A stretch of 63,925 bases of DNA, counting the filler, from Alphaproteobacteria bacterium (GTDB lineage Bacteria; Pseudomonadota; Alphaproteobacteria; Caedimonadales; UBA9215): the NCBI GenBank assembly GCA_024280495.1. It is 9 parts of 9 records of this genome, joined end to end, with 100 filler letters (N's around TTAATTAATTAA, not from the genome) between each part and the next. Parts side by side here need not be neighbours in the genome. Positions count along the whole stretch, not along the records: positions 42,310 to 51,604 come from JAJRPZ010000037.1; positions 51,705 to 54,570 come from JAJRPZ010000039.1; 7 more parts are not named here. One strand, 5' to 3'. Below the pieces are notes generated by a model, which was not told the DNA's origin, did not search any database, and saw nothing but the letters and a program-made list of their open reading frames with translations. Below are positions 42,310-52,037 of this stretch, in pieces. The translations under genes were made by a program, and so were the position numbers. How positions within the stretch are numbered: the stretch's first letter is position 1; each line of letters begins with the position of its first letter.

Positions 42310-42665
42310 TTCATCGATCAAGCGCATCAGGCTCAGGTTTTAAAGGATCTCTCCTTTGGGCTTATAGTAAAGGTTGAGCGGCTGAGGGACAACAGATTGC
42401 ACTGCCTTATCAGGGACAGATTGTCATTAGCATGATCTATCATTTCTTGACGCCTTTTATGCCCGAGCGTCCCCAGGCTTGTTCTAAAAAATCCCTTTCG
42501 ATGACCATCCCCCCTATTTTTGCGTGGAGCTCTTTGAGTTCTGAAGTGTGATCTTTTGCCTTTAAGGTAGCAGGGTAATTCTTGCGGGTGGAGTCATTCT
42601 TCTTTATTCCTTTTGTATCAATCAATGAAGCTTAGCACCCTGTCCGATTATTTAGGACCACCTCA
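42310..42665 (-). mobile_element. Degenerate IS3-family element, left end with orfA/orfB remnants
   Basis: Terminus TGAGGTGGTCCTAAATAATCGGACAG; RKNYPATLKAK / LHAKIG...ERDFL; LSLIRQCNLLSLSRS. Confidence 0.85.
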
Positions 42666-43280
42666 ATGGATAAAGATCAAAGAGATTTATACGAATCCAT
42701 TCGTATAAGTATGCATAAAAAAGTAGCTACTGCCATTGCTCAAAAAGGCCTTGCAAAGAGCCACATTACAGTTTTGGACGCCCTTCTTAAATTGCGTCAA
42801 ACCTGTTGTGATCCTAGCCTCTTAAAAATTAAGGCTGCCGAGAGCATCAAAAGATCCGCAAAACTTGAAACTCTCCTTAACATGCTTGAAGAAATGATTG
42901 CAGAAGGTCGTAAAATCCTATTGTTCTCACAATTTACAAGCATGATCAAAATCATAGAAAAACGTCTCGCTGAAAAAGATATTCAATACGTCAAAATAAC
43001 TGGTAGTACCAAAGACAGAAAAACACCAGTGGAGTCTTTTCAAAAAGGTAAAGTGCCTCTTTTCATCATTAGTTTAAAGGCAGATGGAACTGGTTTAAAT
43101 TTAACAGCAGCCGATGCCGTAATTCATTATGACCCTTGGTGGAATCCAGCCGTTGAAGAAAAAATCCTTGAAATGCAAGATAAAAAACGCTCCGTCGCGA
43201 AAAGCATATTTGACGAAAATGCAGGAACCAATCATAAGTTATCTGCCGATGATATCAACACCCTCTTTGAGCCTTTATAA
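42666..43280 (+). pseudogene. SNF2-family helicase C-terminal remnant
   Basis: LLKLRQTCCDP, LLFSQFTSM, GLNLTAAD.VIHYDPWWNPAVE; begins exactly at the IS3 end and lacks motif VI. Confidence 0.88.
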
Positions 43281-44624
43281 TGATTTCAAAGACATCCCAG
43301 GTGTCGTCATTTCACGATAAATCTGACACCAATTAGCCTCGGCGCGCAAATGCATACAGAGAGATCCTACCCCAACGGCGGCGCGGTCCATGAACACAAA
43401 TTCTTGGGGCGGTGTTACACCGCCTACTTTTCGAAGTTCTTTATGAATTTTCTCAGCCATTTCACGACCATAAACACCGCTATGTCCTGGTTGCATGGGA
43501 CGCACGCGGTCATCAAGAACTGGCTCATAAAGCAACCCAGCCCACTGACGCAAGACGTCAATAACATCCTTTGATAAATTTTTAAAACCAAGGATTTCAA
43601 AGGCATGGACTTCAAGATTTTTATCCTGAGTGTCCATTGCTTGATAAAGATTTTTCACACCCTCAATGAATTTAGGCTCAAAGCGTCGTACACATCCAAA
43701 ATCAAACATATTAATGCCTGCTTGCTGCTGGTCACTTTCTTGACGGAATGTATAATTTCCAAGGTGCGGATCACCATGAATAATACCATGTTGAAAGAAC
43801 GGATAATACCAAGCTCTAAAAGCTAATTTAGCCATTTTGTTGCGATAGTCTTGCGGTGTATCCAAAATATCCCGTAGCTTTTCCCCCTCGAGCCAAGTCA
43901 TGGTCAAAAGACGCGACGTTGAAAGGGGCTGAATAACACGAGGTACATGAACGGTAGAAGCACCTTGAAAAGTTGCGCTTTTATAAATAAGGTCAAATTC
44001 TTTTAAAGTTTTAGCCTCTAAGGTATAATCAAGCTCCTCATACAAGCGTTCTTCGATTTCCTGATGCACTTTTTTCGTTTTGACGCCACCCATGGTTGAT
44101 TCATAAATCTTCAATACCATGCGCAATTGATTTAAATCAGCTTGAACCGTTGAAGGCATATCGGGATATTGAAGTTTACAAGCAAGATTTAAGAGTTCCC
44201 CCTCAGGCCCTCTTATTTGTGCTTTATGAACTTGTCCCAATGAAGCAGCACTGGTGGCTTCACGCTCAAAAATATGAAAGTGATCATGCCAATCAGGGCC
44301 AAGCTCTGCCTGCATACGACGTCTAACAAAAGGCCACCCCATGGCTGGTGCTTCTGATTGAAGACTTTGAAATTCAAGGGCGTATTCTGGGGGAACTGCA
44401 TCTGGGATAGTTGAAAGCATCTGAGCGATTTTCATCACGGGCCCTTTGAGCTTTCCCATGACCTTTGTCAACGCCATAGCCTGTACCCCATGGTCTGTTT
44501 TACGGCCCAAAATTTTATTGGTTGCTGCCTTTGCAACGGTAGATCCCATAGCCGATGACACCGAAGCATAACGTTTAATACGCGCGCCCGTAGAGCCCCC
44601 TTTTACGCTTATATTAGTCATCAT
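43275..44624 (-). CDS. UbiB/ABC1 (COQ8-like) atypical kinase
   Basis: LKGPVMKIAQ, AASLGQVH, KLQYP, EELDY, HGDPHLGN, DFGC. Confidence 0.92.
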   Translation of the reverse strand: MMTNISVKGGSTGARIKRYASVSSAMGSTVAKAATNKILGRKTDHGVQAMALTKVMGKLKGPVMKIAQMLSTIPDAVPPEYALEFQSLQSEAPAMGWPFVRRRMQAELGPDWHDHFHIFEREATSAASLGQVHKAQIRGPEGELLNLACKLQYPDMPSTVQADLNQLRMVLKIYESTMGGVKTKKVHQEIEERLYEELDYTLEAKTLKEFDLIYKSATFQGASTVHVPRVIQPLSTSRLLTMTWLEGEKLRDILDTPQDYRNKMAKLAFRAWYYPFFQHGIIHGDPHLGNYTFRQESDQQQAGINMFDFGCVRRFEPKFIEGVKNLYQAMDTQDKNLEVHAFEILGFKNLSKDVIDVLRQWAGLLYEPVLDDRVRPMQPGHSGVYGREMAEKIHKELRKVGGVTPPQEFVFMDRAAVGVGSLCMHLRAEANWCQIYREMTTPGMSLKSL

Positions 44625-46152
44625 TGACCGCCACATCGAAAAGCTCTTTGACATTGGGGGCTATTTTCTTAGACCCCACATAAATAAAATCTTCACGGAA
44701 ATCTTTGACTTTCAAAATAAATAATCCACGGGTTGATCCCTCACTGAAAACTTTATGAATATCTTGTTTTTCAAATTGAGCCCCCACTGTTACAAGTATT
44801 TCATCTCCCACATTGGCATAACTTTCTGCTAAAACAGCAGAATAAACAATATTAGTAATAGTTGGTAGCTGTGCTGCTTCCAATTCCTTTGGCAACAATA
44901 CAGCATGAGTTCCCCAGGACAATGACATCATATGGGCCGTTAATCGATCAGGAGTGATGGCTATGATCGGCACATTAGGGCGTTCCCGAGCCGTTCGAAG
45001 AGCCGTACGTCCCGTTCGAGTCAAGGTCACAATAGCCTTGAGGTTAAGGGTATCCGAAATTTTTCTTGCAGCAACGGTAATAGAATCCGAGGCAGTAGCT
45101 GCTGGAATGGGGTGAAATGCATCCAATGTCGAACGGTAATAGACGTCTTCCTCAACGCGTTCAATAATACGATTCATCATAATCACGGCTTCTTCTGGAT
45201 TTTTCCCAGCAGCAGTTTCCGCACTTAACATCACGGCATCAGTTCCTTCATAAACCGCCGTCGCCACATCGGAAGCTTCCGCCCGTGTTGGCACCGTTGA
45301 ATTAATCATGGTTTCCAGCATCTGAGTCGCCACGATAACGGGTTTCCCAGCAGATCGACACGCCCTCACAATTTTCTTTTGAACCCCAGGGATTTCTTCT
45401 GGCGCCATCTCAACGCCAAGGTCACCACGTGCCACCATAATAGCATCGGAAACCTGAATAATATCTTGAATATGCTTTACCGCCATGGGCTTTTCAATTT
45501 TAGAAACAATGCGCGCCCGATCACCAATGATATCTCGCGCTTCTGTCACATCTTCGGGACGTTGTACAAAAGATAGGGCTACAAAATCAACACCTAATTC
45601 CAACCCAAAGTCAAGGTCATTGCGGTCTTTAGGGGTCATGGCACTCAAAGGCAATATAACGCCAGGAACATTCAACCCCTTGTTATCAGAAATTTCTCCA
45701 CCTTCCAGTACAAAGGTTTCACAGAAATCTTTATAAACCTCGCTCACCCGCAACCGAATTTTCCCATCGTTAATGAGGATGATGCTTCCTTCGCCGACAG
45801 CCTTAAAGACTTCTGGGTGGGGGACACTCACCCGTTCGCGGTTACCTGGTAAATCAGATTTCAAATCCAAAAGAAACTGTTGCCCTTCAAACAAGGTTGT
45901 TTTTCCATTTTCAAAGGATCCCACCCGCAGCTTTGGTCCCTGCAAATCTTGCATAATGGTTATGGGACAACGGTGTTTTTTCTCAAGTTCACGGATGATC
46001 AGGTAGGTTTTTTTATGATCTTCATGGCTTCCATGGGAAAAATTCAAGCGAAATACATCAACACCATGGATAAAAAGTTTCTCAATACAAGCTGCATCAG
46101 AGCTAGAAGGGCCAAGAGTGGCAACAATTTTAGTGGCTCTATTTCGTTTCAT
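44614..46152 (-). CDS. pyk: Pyruvate kinase
   Basis: TKIVATLGP, RLNFSHG, MVARGDLGVE, ATQMLE.M, PTRAEASDV. Confidence 0.98.
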   Translation of the reverse strand: MKRNRATKIVATLGPSSSDAACIEKLFIHGVDVFRLNFSHGSHEDHKKTYLIIRELEKKHRCPITIMQDLQGPKLRVGSFENGKTTLFEGQQFLLDLKSDLPGNRERVSVPHPEVFKAVGEGSIILINDGKIRLRVSEVYKDFCETFVLEGGEISDNKGLNVPGVILPLSAMTPKDRNDLDFGLELGVDFVALSFVQRPEDVTEARDIIGDRARIVSKIEKPMAVKHIQDIIQVSDAIMVARGDLGVEMAPEEIPGVQKKIVRACRSAGKPVIVATQMLETMINSTVPTRAEASDVATAVYEGTDAVMLSAETAAGKNPEEAVIMMNRIIERVEEDVYYRSTLDAFHPIPAATASDSITVAARKISDTLNLKAIVTLTRTGRTALRTARERPNVPIIAITPDRLTAHMMSLSWGTHAVLLPKELEAAQLPTITNIVYSAVLAESYANVGDEILVTVGAQFEKQDIHKVFSEGSTRGLFILKVKDFREDFIYVGSKKIAPNVKELFDVAVNDD

Positions 46153-46179
46153 TTTAATCCTTTGATTCTAATTTTCATA

Positions 46180-47142
46180 TTAATGAGATATATTATGATG
46201 TGTTTTTCGCTTGAGCGTCAAGCGTGTTTGCCTTGAAATAACAATGCCTAGGATAATAATGAGCCCACCGATACTTTGTTGCAGCGATAGATTTTCCTGA
46301 AAAAAGACCCACCCAATAATAGCAGCAACAAAGGGTCCAACAAGGATGGTTAGAGATGAAAAAGTTGCCGATAAATGACCTACTGAATAAGAGAGTAATC
46401 CACCCCCAAAAACGTGGACAACAAGGGCTAATGAAACCAAAAGCCACCACCCTGATGCCGTTTGTGGTACCACTACTTCGTCCATAATATGACTATTGAT
46501 GGCAAGAACATACATCCCCACAAGGCCAACCCAAAACATAATGGTGGGCGCTGAAAAAGAGCGTCGTAATTCTTTTAAACAAATCATAAACGCCCCATAA
46601 AAAAGCGCGGAAATAAGGGCATATATATCTCCCTCCATGGTGCTTTCTTGCAGTCCTGTACTGGCAGTAACCAGAACAAAAGACCCCAAAAGGGCCAAGG
46701 TAATACCAATACCCAGGGGCAGTGTTATTTTTTCTTTGAAAAAAATCCAAGCTCCAAATGCCACAACAACGGGCGTCAATGCATTCAATATCACCGCATT
46801 TACAATGGAAGTTTTAATCATGGCCAGATGCCAAAAACTGATATCCATCCCCAAAAGCAGACCTGCCGTAACCAGCATAATATATTCCCGGACGGTACGG
46901 GGGGTGCGATGTTTTTCTGGATCCAAATTATCAAAAATCATCCATGTCCATACGATGGGCAAAGCAAAGAAAAAACGATAGAACGCCGTTGCCGTGGATC
47001 CTACTTCACTCATACGTACAAAAAGAGGAGACAGCGCGATAAAGGACGACCCTAGCAAAGCGGCCATCATGGCCCAAAAAGGCGCATCATCAAAGAAAGA
47101 GTTAATTTTTTTACGTAAACTCATAAACTGCAAGTCCAACAA
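46180..47142 (-). CDS. DMT/EamA-family transporter
   Basis: Ten TM helices in two EamA repeats; AFYR..FA, FFKEKI, GD.YAL.SA. Confidence 0.9.
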   Translation of the reverse strand: MLDLQFMSLRKKINSFFDDAPFWAMMAALLGSSFIALSPLFVRMSEVGSTATAFYRFFFALPIVWTWMIFDNLDPEKHRTPRTVREYIMLVTAGLLLGMDISFWHLAMIKTSIVNAVILNALTPVVVAFGAWIFFKEKITLPLGIGITLALLGSFVLVTASTGLQESTMEGDIYALISALFYGAFMICLKELRRSFSAPTIMFWVGLVGMYVLAINSHIMDEVVVPQTASGWWLLVSLALVVHVFGGGLLSYSVGHLSATFSSLTILVGPFVAAIIGWVFFQENLSLQQSIGGLIIILGIVISRQTRLTLKRKTHHNISH

Positions 47143-47275
47143 AAGATTATTTATCTATTTATACCATGAATAAATGCCAGAATCCTCAAAATTATGATCA
47201 GTTTTTTCTTGCTGTTTTGCGCCAAGGTGCGTAACGTACTTCCAATAATATATCATTAATTCAAGGAGTCATATT

Positions 47276-47599
47276 ATGTCTACATTTGCTGGAATTTCAG
47301 GAACACGCCTTCGTCAATTTATCGAACAGGTTGAATATTTAGAAGAACAAAAAATTGCCCTTGCAGCGGATACAAAAGAGATTTTTGCAGAAGCTAAATC
47401 CGCTGGATTTGATGTTAAAATCATTCGTCAAATCTTAAAAATTCGTAAAATGGACAAGGATGAACTAGAAGAGCAAGAGGCCGTTCTTGAAACATATATG
47501 CAAGCCCTAAATATGTCCTCAGCATCGGCCAAAGATAAAGAAGTTGTGGATGCCGTGATAACGAATACTGGTGATATTGATACGGAAGCTGCCGCTTAA
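47276..47599 (+). CDS. gapR: GapR/DUF2312 nucleoid protein
   Basis: LRQFIEQVE.LEEQK...EIFAEAKSAGFDVKIIRQI...LETYMQAL. Confidence 0.9.
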   Translation: MSTFAGISGTRLRQFIEQVEYLEEQKIALAADTKEIFAEAKSAGFDVKIIRQILKIRKMDKDELEEQEAVLETYMQALNMSSASAKDKEVVDAVITNTGDIDTEAAA

Positions 47600-47629
47600 T
47601 TTTCCTTTAACCACAGAAAAAATTAAACT

Positions 47630-47653
47630 CCCTTGTCTTTCAAGGGTTTTTTT
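47630..47653 (+). terminator. Rho-independent terminator
   Basis: CCCTTG-TCTTT-CAAGGG followed by T7. Confidence 0.7.
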
Positions 47654-47683
47654 ATATCTCCTTACTAGCCATTAATCACAACC

Positions 47684-49459
47684 ATGGTAGAATACGAAAA
47701 AATAAAACAGACATATGCCATGGCTCATTTCCAATTATCATCACCCTTAAAGTTTTTTACTCAACTGTTAAAACCTTATCCAGGTGATATTATAAAAACG
47801 ATCCTTGCGGTTTTCATGACGACAGCTGCTATTCTTGGTGTGGGTTATGGGTTGCGTCAATTGGTAGACCAGGGATTTTCTGCTGAGAACCAACACCTTC
47901 TTAACCTTTCTGCACTGACTCTTTTTGGCCTTGCCAGTGTTCTCTCTTTTTCAGCCTACCTTCGAACATCAACAACTTCCCTTCTTGCGGAAAAAATCAC
48001 TAATGATTTACGCCAACGCCTATTTAATCAGACACTTGCCCTCCCCTTTACAACTTATGAATCCCTGAAACTGGGGGGCATATTATCGACTCTCTCAACG
48101 GATACGGATCAAATTAGACAGTTTACAAGTGGTTCTGCTGCCGTTGCCATTCGAACGGTTTTGCAACTTTTGGGTGCCACTACCCTCTTAATCTACCAGA
48201 GTCCTAAACTGAGTCTCTATGTTTTCACCCTCCTTCCCCTTGTTTTAGTGCCCCTCTTCTTCTTTGGTCGCAAAGTTAAGACCCTGACAAAAGACGTTCA
48301 AGAACAAGAAGGGGTCGCTCTTTCATTTGCCGAAGAACGCATCAATGCACTCTCCACCCTCAAAGCTTTTGGGGCAGAACCTAACACACAAGAAATCTTT
48401 TCACAGCAAATGCACAAAAAGATGTCCCTCATAAGACCAAGAACCCATTATCGATCTCTTTTGATTTCCTTAGTAATTCTTTTGGTTTTTTCAAGCATTG
48501 CCGCCGTTTTATGGCTTGGTGCCCTGGAGGTTATGGATGATAAACTTTCCCCAGGACAGCTCTCTGCATTTGTGTTTTACGCTATTATTGTGGCTGGATC
48601 CCTAAATAATTTCGCCGATGTTATCGCCAATATGACTCAAACGTTTGGGGCACTTGATCGCGTCATTGCCTTTTTAAATTATAAACGAGAAGATCAAAAC
48701 ATCTCATCTGAAATTTTAAAACCTTTCAAGAGTCTCTATCTCGATAATATAAAGTTCACGTACCCTATGCGCCCTGAAACCCTTGTGTTGAAAGGCATTT
48801 CCCTTGCCCTGAGTCAGAAGCAAAAGGTCGCCATTGTGGGACCTTCTGGATCTGGGAAAAGCACGATTTTCAAACTTTTATTGCAATTCTATCAACCAGA
48901 CTCTGGTGAAATCACCCTGGACAAATCCCCTTACACAAAAACACCCTTACAAGGGTGCCGTTCTCTTTTTGCCCTGGTGCCTCAAGATCCTGTGATTTTC
49001 AACGCTTCGATCCTTGAAAATATAAAAATAGCCAACCCAAACGCCGCAACGAAAGAAATTAAAAAAGCCTTGTACGATGCTCATATCCTTGAATTTTCAG
49101 ATCGTTTTCCCCATGGTCTCGAGACCATTTTAGGAGAGAAAGGCGTCCGTCTTTCAGGTGGTCAAAAACAGCGCATCGCCCTTGCAAGAGCCCTTTTAAA
49201 AAATGCGCCTATTATGTTGCTAGACGAAGCTACAAACGCCCTAGATAGTGAAAGTGAACGCCATATTCAACAAGCCCTTCAAGGGTCCCTGAAAAACAAA
49301 GCCGCTCTTATCATTGCCCATCGCCTGAGCACGGTCAAAGAAGCCGATGAAATTATCCTTTTAGAAGATGGTCTCATTCAAGCACGCGGCACCCATAAAG
49401 AATTAATGAACAGTAGCCCCCTCTATAAAAAACTTGCAAAACAACAATTTTTGGATTAA
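47684..49459 (+). CDS. ABC exporter, fused permease/ATPase (MsbA-like family)
   Basis: Six TM helices; GPSGSGKST, LSGGQKQR, LLDEAT. Confidence 0.93.
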   Translation: MVEYEKIKQTYAMAHFQLSSPLKFFTQLLKPYPGDIIKTILAVFMTTAAILGVGYGLRQLVDQGFSAENQHLLNLSALTLFGLASVLSFSAYLRTSTTSLLAEKITNDLRQRLFNQTLALPFTTYESLKLGGILSTLSTDTDQIRQFTSGSAAVAIRTVLQLLGATTLLIYQSPKLSLYVFTLLPLVLVPLFFFGRKVKTLTKDVQEQEGVALSFAEERINALSTLKAFGAEPNTQEIFSQQMHKKMSLIRPRTHYRSLLISLVILLVFSSIAAVLWLGALEVMDDKLSPGQLSAFVFYAIIVAGSLNNFADVIANMTQTFGALDRVIAFLNYKREDQNISSEILKPFKSLYLDNIKFTYPMRPETLVLKGISLALSQKQKVAIVGPSGSGKSTIFKLLLQFYQPDSGEITLDKSPYTKTPLQGCRSLFALVPQDPVIFNASILENIKIANPNAATKEIKKALYDAHILEFSDRFPHGLETILGEKGVRLSGGQKQRIALARALLKNAPIMLLDEATNALDSESERHIQQALQGSLKNKAALIIAHRLSTVKEADEIILLEDGLIQARGTHKELMNSSPLYKKLAKQQFLD

Positions 49460-49463
49460 TCCC

Positions 49464-49721
49464 ATGACAGAGTTTTCAGCCTTAGATATAACAAAAAAAG
49501 CTATTATTTACCGCGCCAATCACAGGGGAACGAAAGAAGCAGACTGGGTCATTGGAGGATTTATTAGAACTCACTTAGATCATTTTTCCGAGGTCGAGAT
49601 TGATCTCTTAAAAATTCTCATTGATATGGATGATGAATCATTTTTTAAACAGGTAGAGACACCTGATTTTTGCTATTCTGGCATTTTAAAATTGTTTAAA
49701 GATTACAAAGAAAACCTTTAA
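49464..49721 (+). CDS. sdhE: Succinate dehydrogenase assembly factor SdhE
   Basis: YRANHRGTKEAD motif. Confidence 0.88.
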   Translation: MTEFSALDITKKAIIYRANHRGTKEADWVIGGFIRTHLDHFSEVEIDLLKILIDMDDESFFKQVETPDFCYSGILKLFKDYKENL

Positions 49722-49731
49722 GTTAATTATA

Positions 49732-50577
49732 ATGGACAATATTATGACTCATTCTGTATTTCCACCCACTGAACTCGTTCTTATTGGTTGCGGTTCCATG
49801 GGATATTCCCTATTAAAGGGGTGGCTGAAACAAGGTCTTTTTCAAAAGGTTATTGTCAGCACGCCAAGAAAAAAAACAGTCAGTTCTTATTTAGAAAAAA
49901 TAACCTGGCATAAACCAGGACGTCCCCTTGCAGCACCTGATTTCGCAACCAAACGAGTATTTTGTCTTGCCGTTAAGCCTTACATAATGACTGATGTTCT
50001 AAATAATTTGTCACCTTACATCACATCAAAGGACCTTATATTAAGCGTTGCTGCTGGACTGGAACTTTCTTTTTATGAAAACCAATTCACCCCAGTTCAA
50101 CCCCTTATACGTGTCATGCCCAATACACCAACGGCCATAGGTCAAGGATTTTCAGGGCTTTTACACAATAAAGCCTGCACCCCATACCATAAAAACCTTG
50201 CTGAGCATATTTTTGGCGCCGTTGGTGAGACCCTTTGGGTTGATGATGATGATAAAATGGATCGCCTGACCACTATTTCAGGGTGCGGGCCTGCTTATAT
50301 TTTTGCCCTTGTTGAAGCCTTTGAAACGGGCGCTAAAGCCATGGGATTTAATGAAAGAGAGGCGCGTCATCTCGCAAGATCCACCGTTGAGGGAAGCGCT
50401 GCATACCTGAAACAAGCCCTTAATTTCAGCGCAACTGACCTTAAAAATAATGTGGCAAGGCCTGGGGGCATGACAGAGAAAGGCCTTCAAGTTTTACAAG
50501 ATAACTCAGCTTTAAATAACCTCATCATAAAAGCTTTCAAGGCAACCTATGACAAAGCACAAGATTTAAAACAATGA
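49732..50577 (+). CDS. proC: Pyrroline-5-carboxylate reductase
   Basis: IGCGSMG, LAVKP, RVMPNTP, SGCGPAY, V..PGG.T. Confidence 0.95.
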   Translation: MDNIMTHSVFPPTELVLIGCGSMGYSLLKGWLKQGLFQKVIVSTPRKKTVSSYLEKITWHKPGRPLAAPDFATKRVFCLAVKPYIMTDVLNNLSPYITSKDLILSVAAGLELSFYENQFTPVQPLIRVMPNTPTAIGQGFSGLLHNKACTPYHKNLAEHIFGAVGETLWVDDDDKMDRLTTISGCGPAYIFALVEAFETGAKAMGFNEREARHLARSTVEGSAAYLKQALNFSATDLKNNVARPGGMTEKGLQVLQDNSALNNLIIKAFKATYDKAQDLKQ

Positions 50578-51173
50578 ACCAAGAAAACCTAACAATTGGC
50601 ACACTTTCTATGGCAATTTTTAAGTGCCTAGAACTTTATGGCTGGCGTCATCTAACCCTGGTACAGGTAGCCCATCAAGCAGAAATATATCTTGGGGATC
50701 TCCATGTATACGCCACATCCAAAGAAGACCTCTTGGGCCTAATAATCTCTTATATCGAAAGGAAAACTCTAGATTTTTTGGATCCCCAAGAGGAGACAAC
50801 TTCATCCCCTAATTATAATTCCGATCATGTATTTGATGTCTTATTTTCAAGGTTCGAAGCTGCAACGCCCCATAAAAAAGCCATTTCTATTTTATACAAA
50901 GACTTAAAACATGATGCTATCAAGTCAATCCATCTTATCCCAAATTTTTTAAAGGCCCTGGAACGCCTTGGGGACCTTGCTGGTATGGCATTTCAAGGCC
51001 CCTTTGCGCCCTTGCAACGACGAGGGTTTGGACTTTTGTATTTAAAAGCTTTTTTAGTATGGTTAGAAGATGACAGCCAAGATCAAGGAAAAACCATGGC
51101 AGAAACAAACAAACTCGCCACAACCTACATCCCTTGTTTATATGATCCTTGCCAAATTATGAATTTGAATTAA
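50574..51173 (+). CDS. TetR-like alphaproteobacterial protein
   Basis: N-terminal HTH, FDVLFSRFEA..PHK, WLEDDS.D..KTMA. Confidence 0.75.
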   Translation: MNQENLTIGTLSMAIFKCLELYGWRHLTLVQVAHQAEIYLGDLHVYATSKEDLLGLIISYIERKTLDFLDPQEETTSSPNYNSDHVFDVLFSRFEAATPHKKAISILYKDLKHDAIKSIHLIPNFLKALERLGDLAGMAFQGPFAPLQRRGFGLLYLKAFLVWLEDDSQDQGKTMAETNKLATTYIPCLYDPCQIMNLN

Positions 51174-51604
51174 GTGGCAAATAATAATTTTTTATATTTT
51201 TTAAAATACTCATCAACACATTATTGGCCGTTCCAATTTCCGACAGAAATAAAACATGGATTGAAATTTTTTCACGGATTTCTGGGTCAGTATTTTTAAA
51301 AAGACCATACGCAAGACCAATGTTAGAATGAATCCCGCCACTTGGAAAAAATGCCTGCGCCCATTTTGAGAATGTCAGTCGATCTTCCATGGAAACATTT
51401 TTTAATACCGTCAAAACATTCCCTGTTTCGTAGACGGATTTTTTTTGCTTAGAAGGGAAATGATTTCAACAAGCTCTTCATCACGGATTTCTGGGTCAGT
51501 ATTTTTAAAAAGACCATACGCAAGACCAATGTTAGAATGAATCCCGCCACTTGGAAAAAATGCCTGCGCCCATTTTGAGAATGTCAGTCGATCTTCCATG
51601 GAAA
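51157..51604 (-). CDS. C-terminus of a tandem-repeat protein (~70-aa unit), with a frameshift in an A8 run
   Basis: Identical 124-bp segments at 51272-51395 and 51481-51604 (period 209) both encode MEDRLTFSKWAQAFFPSGGIHSNIGLAYGLFKNTDPEIR. Confidence 0.7.
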
Positions 51605-51704
51605 NNNNNNNNNNNNNNNNNNNNNNNNNNNNNNNNNNNNNNNNNNNNTTAATTAATTAANNNNNNNNNNNNNNNNNNNNNNNNNNNNNNNNNNNNNNNN
51701 NNNN
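51605..51704. other. Artificial contig linker
   Basis: N run containing TTAATTAATTAA. Confidence 0.98.
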
Positions 51705-51706
51705 AA

Positions 51707-51964
51707 TTTGAATCTTATAAAGACAATCTAGAGGATTTAGAGACTTTATTCCAAAGTGCCCTGAAAGAAAAAAAGTTCTCCGCGGCTTTACAAATTAAAA
51801 AATTACAAGAAAAAATCATCCTACAGCAAAAAGAATCAAAAAAAAATGAGGTATTAAGATTTGAGGACCTCACGAAAGAAGACATTGATAGCCTGATTCA
51901 AGATCTGAAAAAAATATGTTCAAATAAAAAAATCTTTATAGAATATCCAGCAAAAAAGATATAA
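51707..51964 (+). CDS. C-terminal part of an unknown helical protein
   Basis: Open frame from the contig edge, FESYKDNLEDLETLFQSALKEKKFSAAL...; no start visible. Confidence 0.55.
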   Translation, partial: FESYKDNLEDLETLFQSALKEKKFSAALQIKKLQEKIILQQKESKKNEVLRFEDLTKEDIDSLIQDLKKICSNKKIFIEYPAKKI

Positions 51965-52037
51965 AAAACTTTTTTCGTTTGAGTTTTTTGACAAGGACGT
52001 ATACCGTGATAGTGTATAAAATTTTAAGGAATATACC

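Noticed and set aside
51272..51604. Direct repeat as a CRISPR array
   Set aside because: The 124-bp units are too long, only two are visible, they are protein-coding, and there are no cas genes.
51707..51964. Possible phage terminase small subunit or GTA gene
   Set aside because: Only a vague helical resemblance in a partial ORF, with no phage genes nearby.
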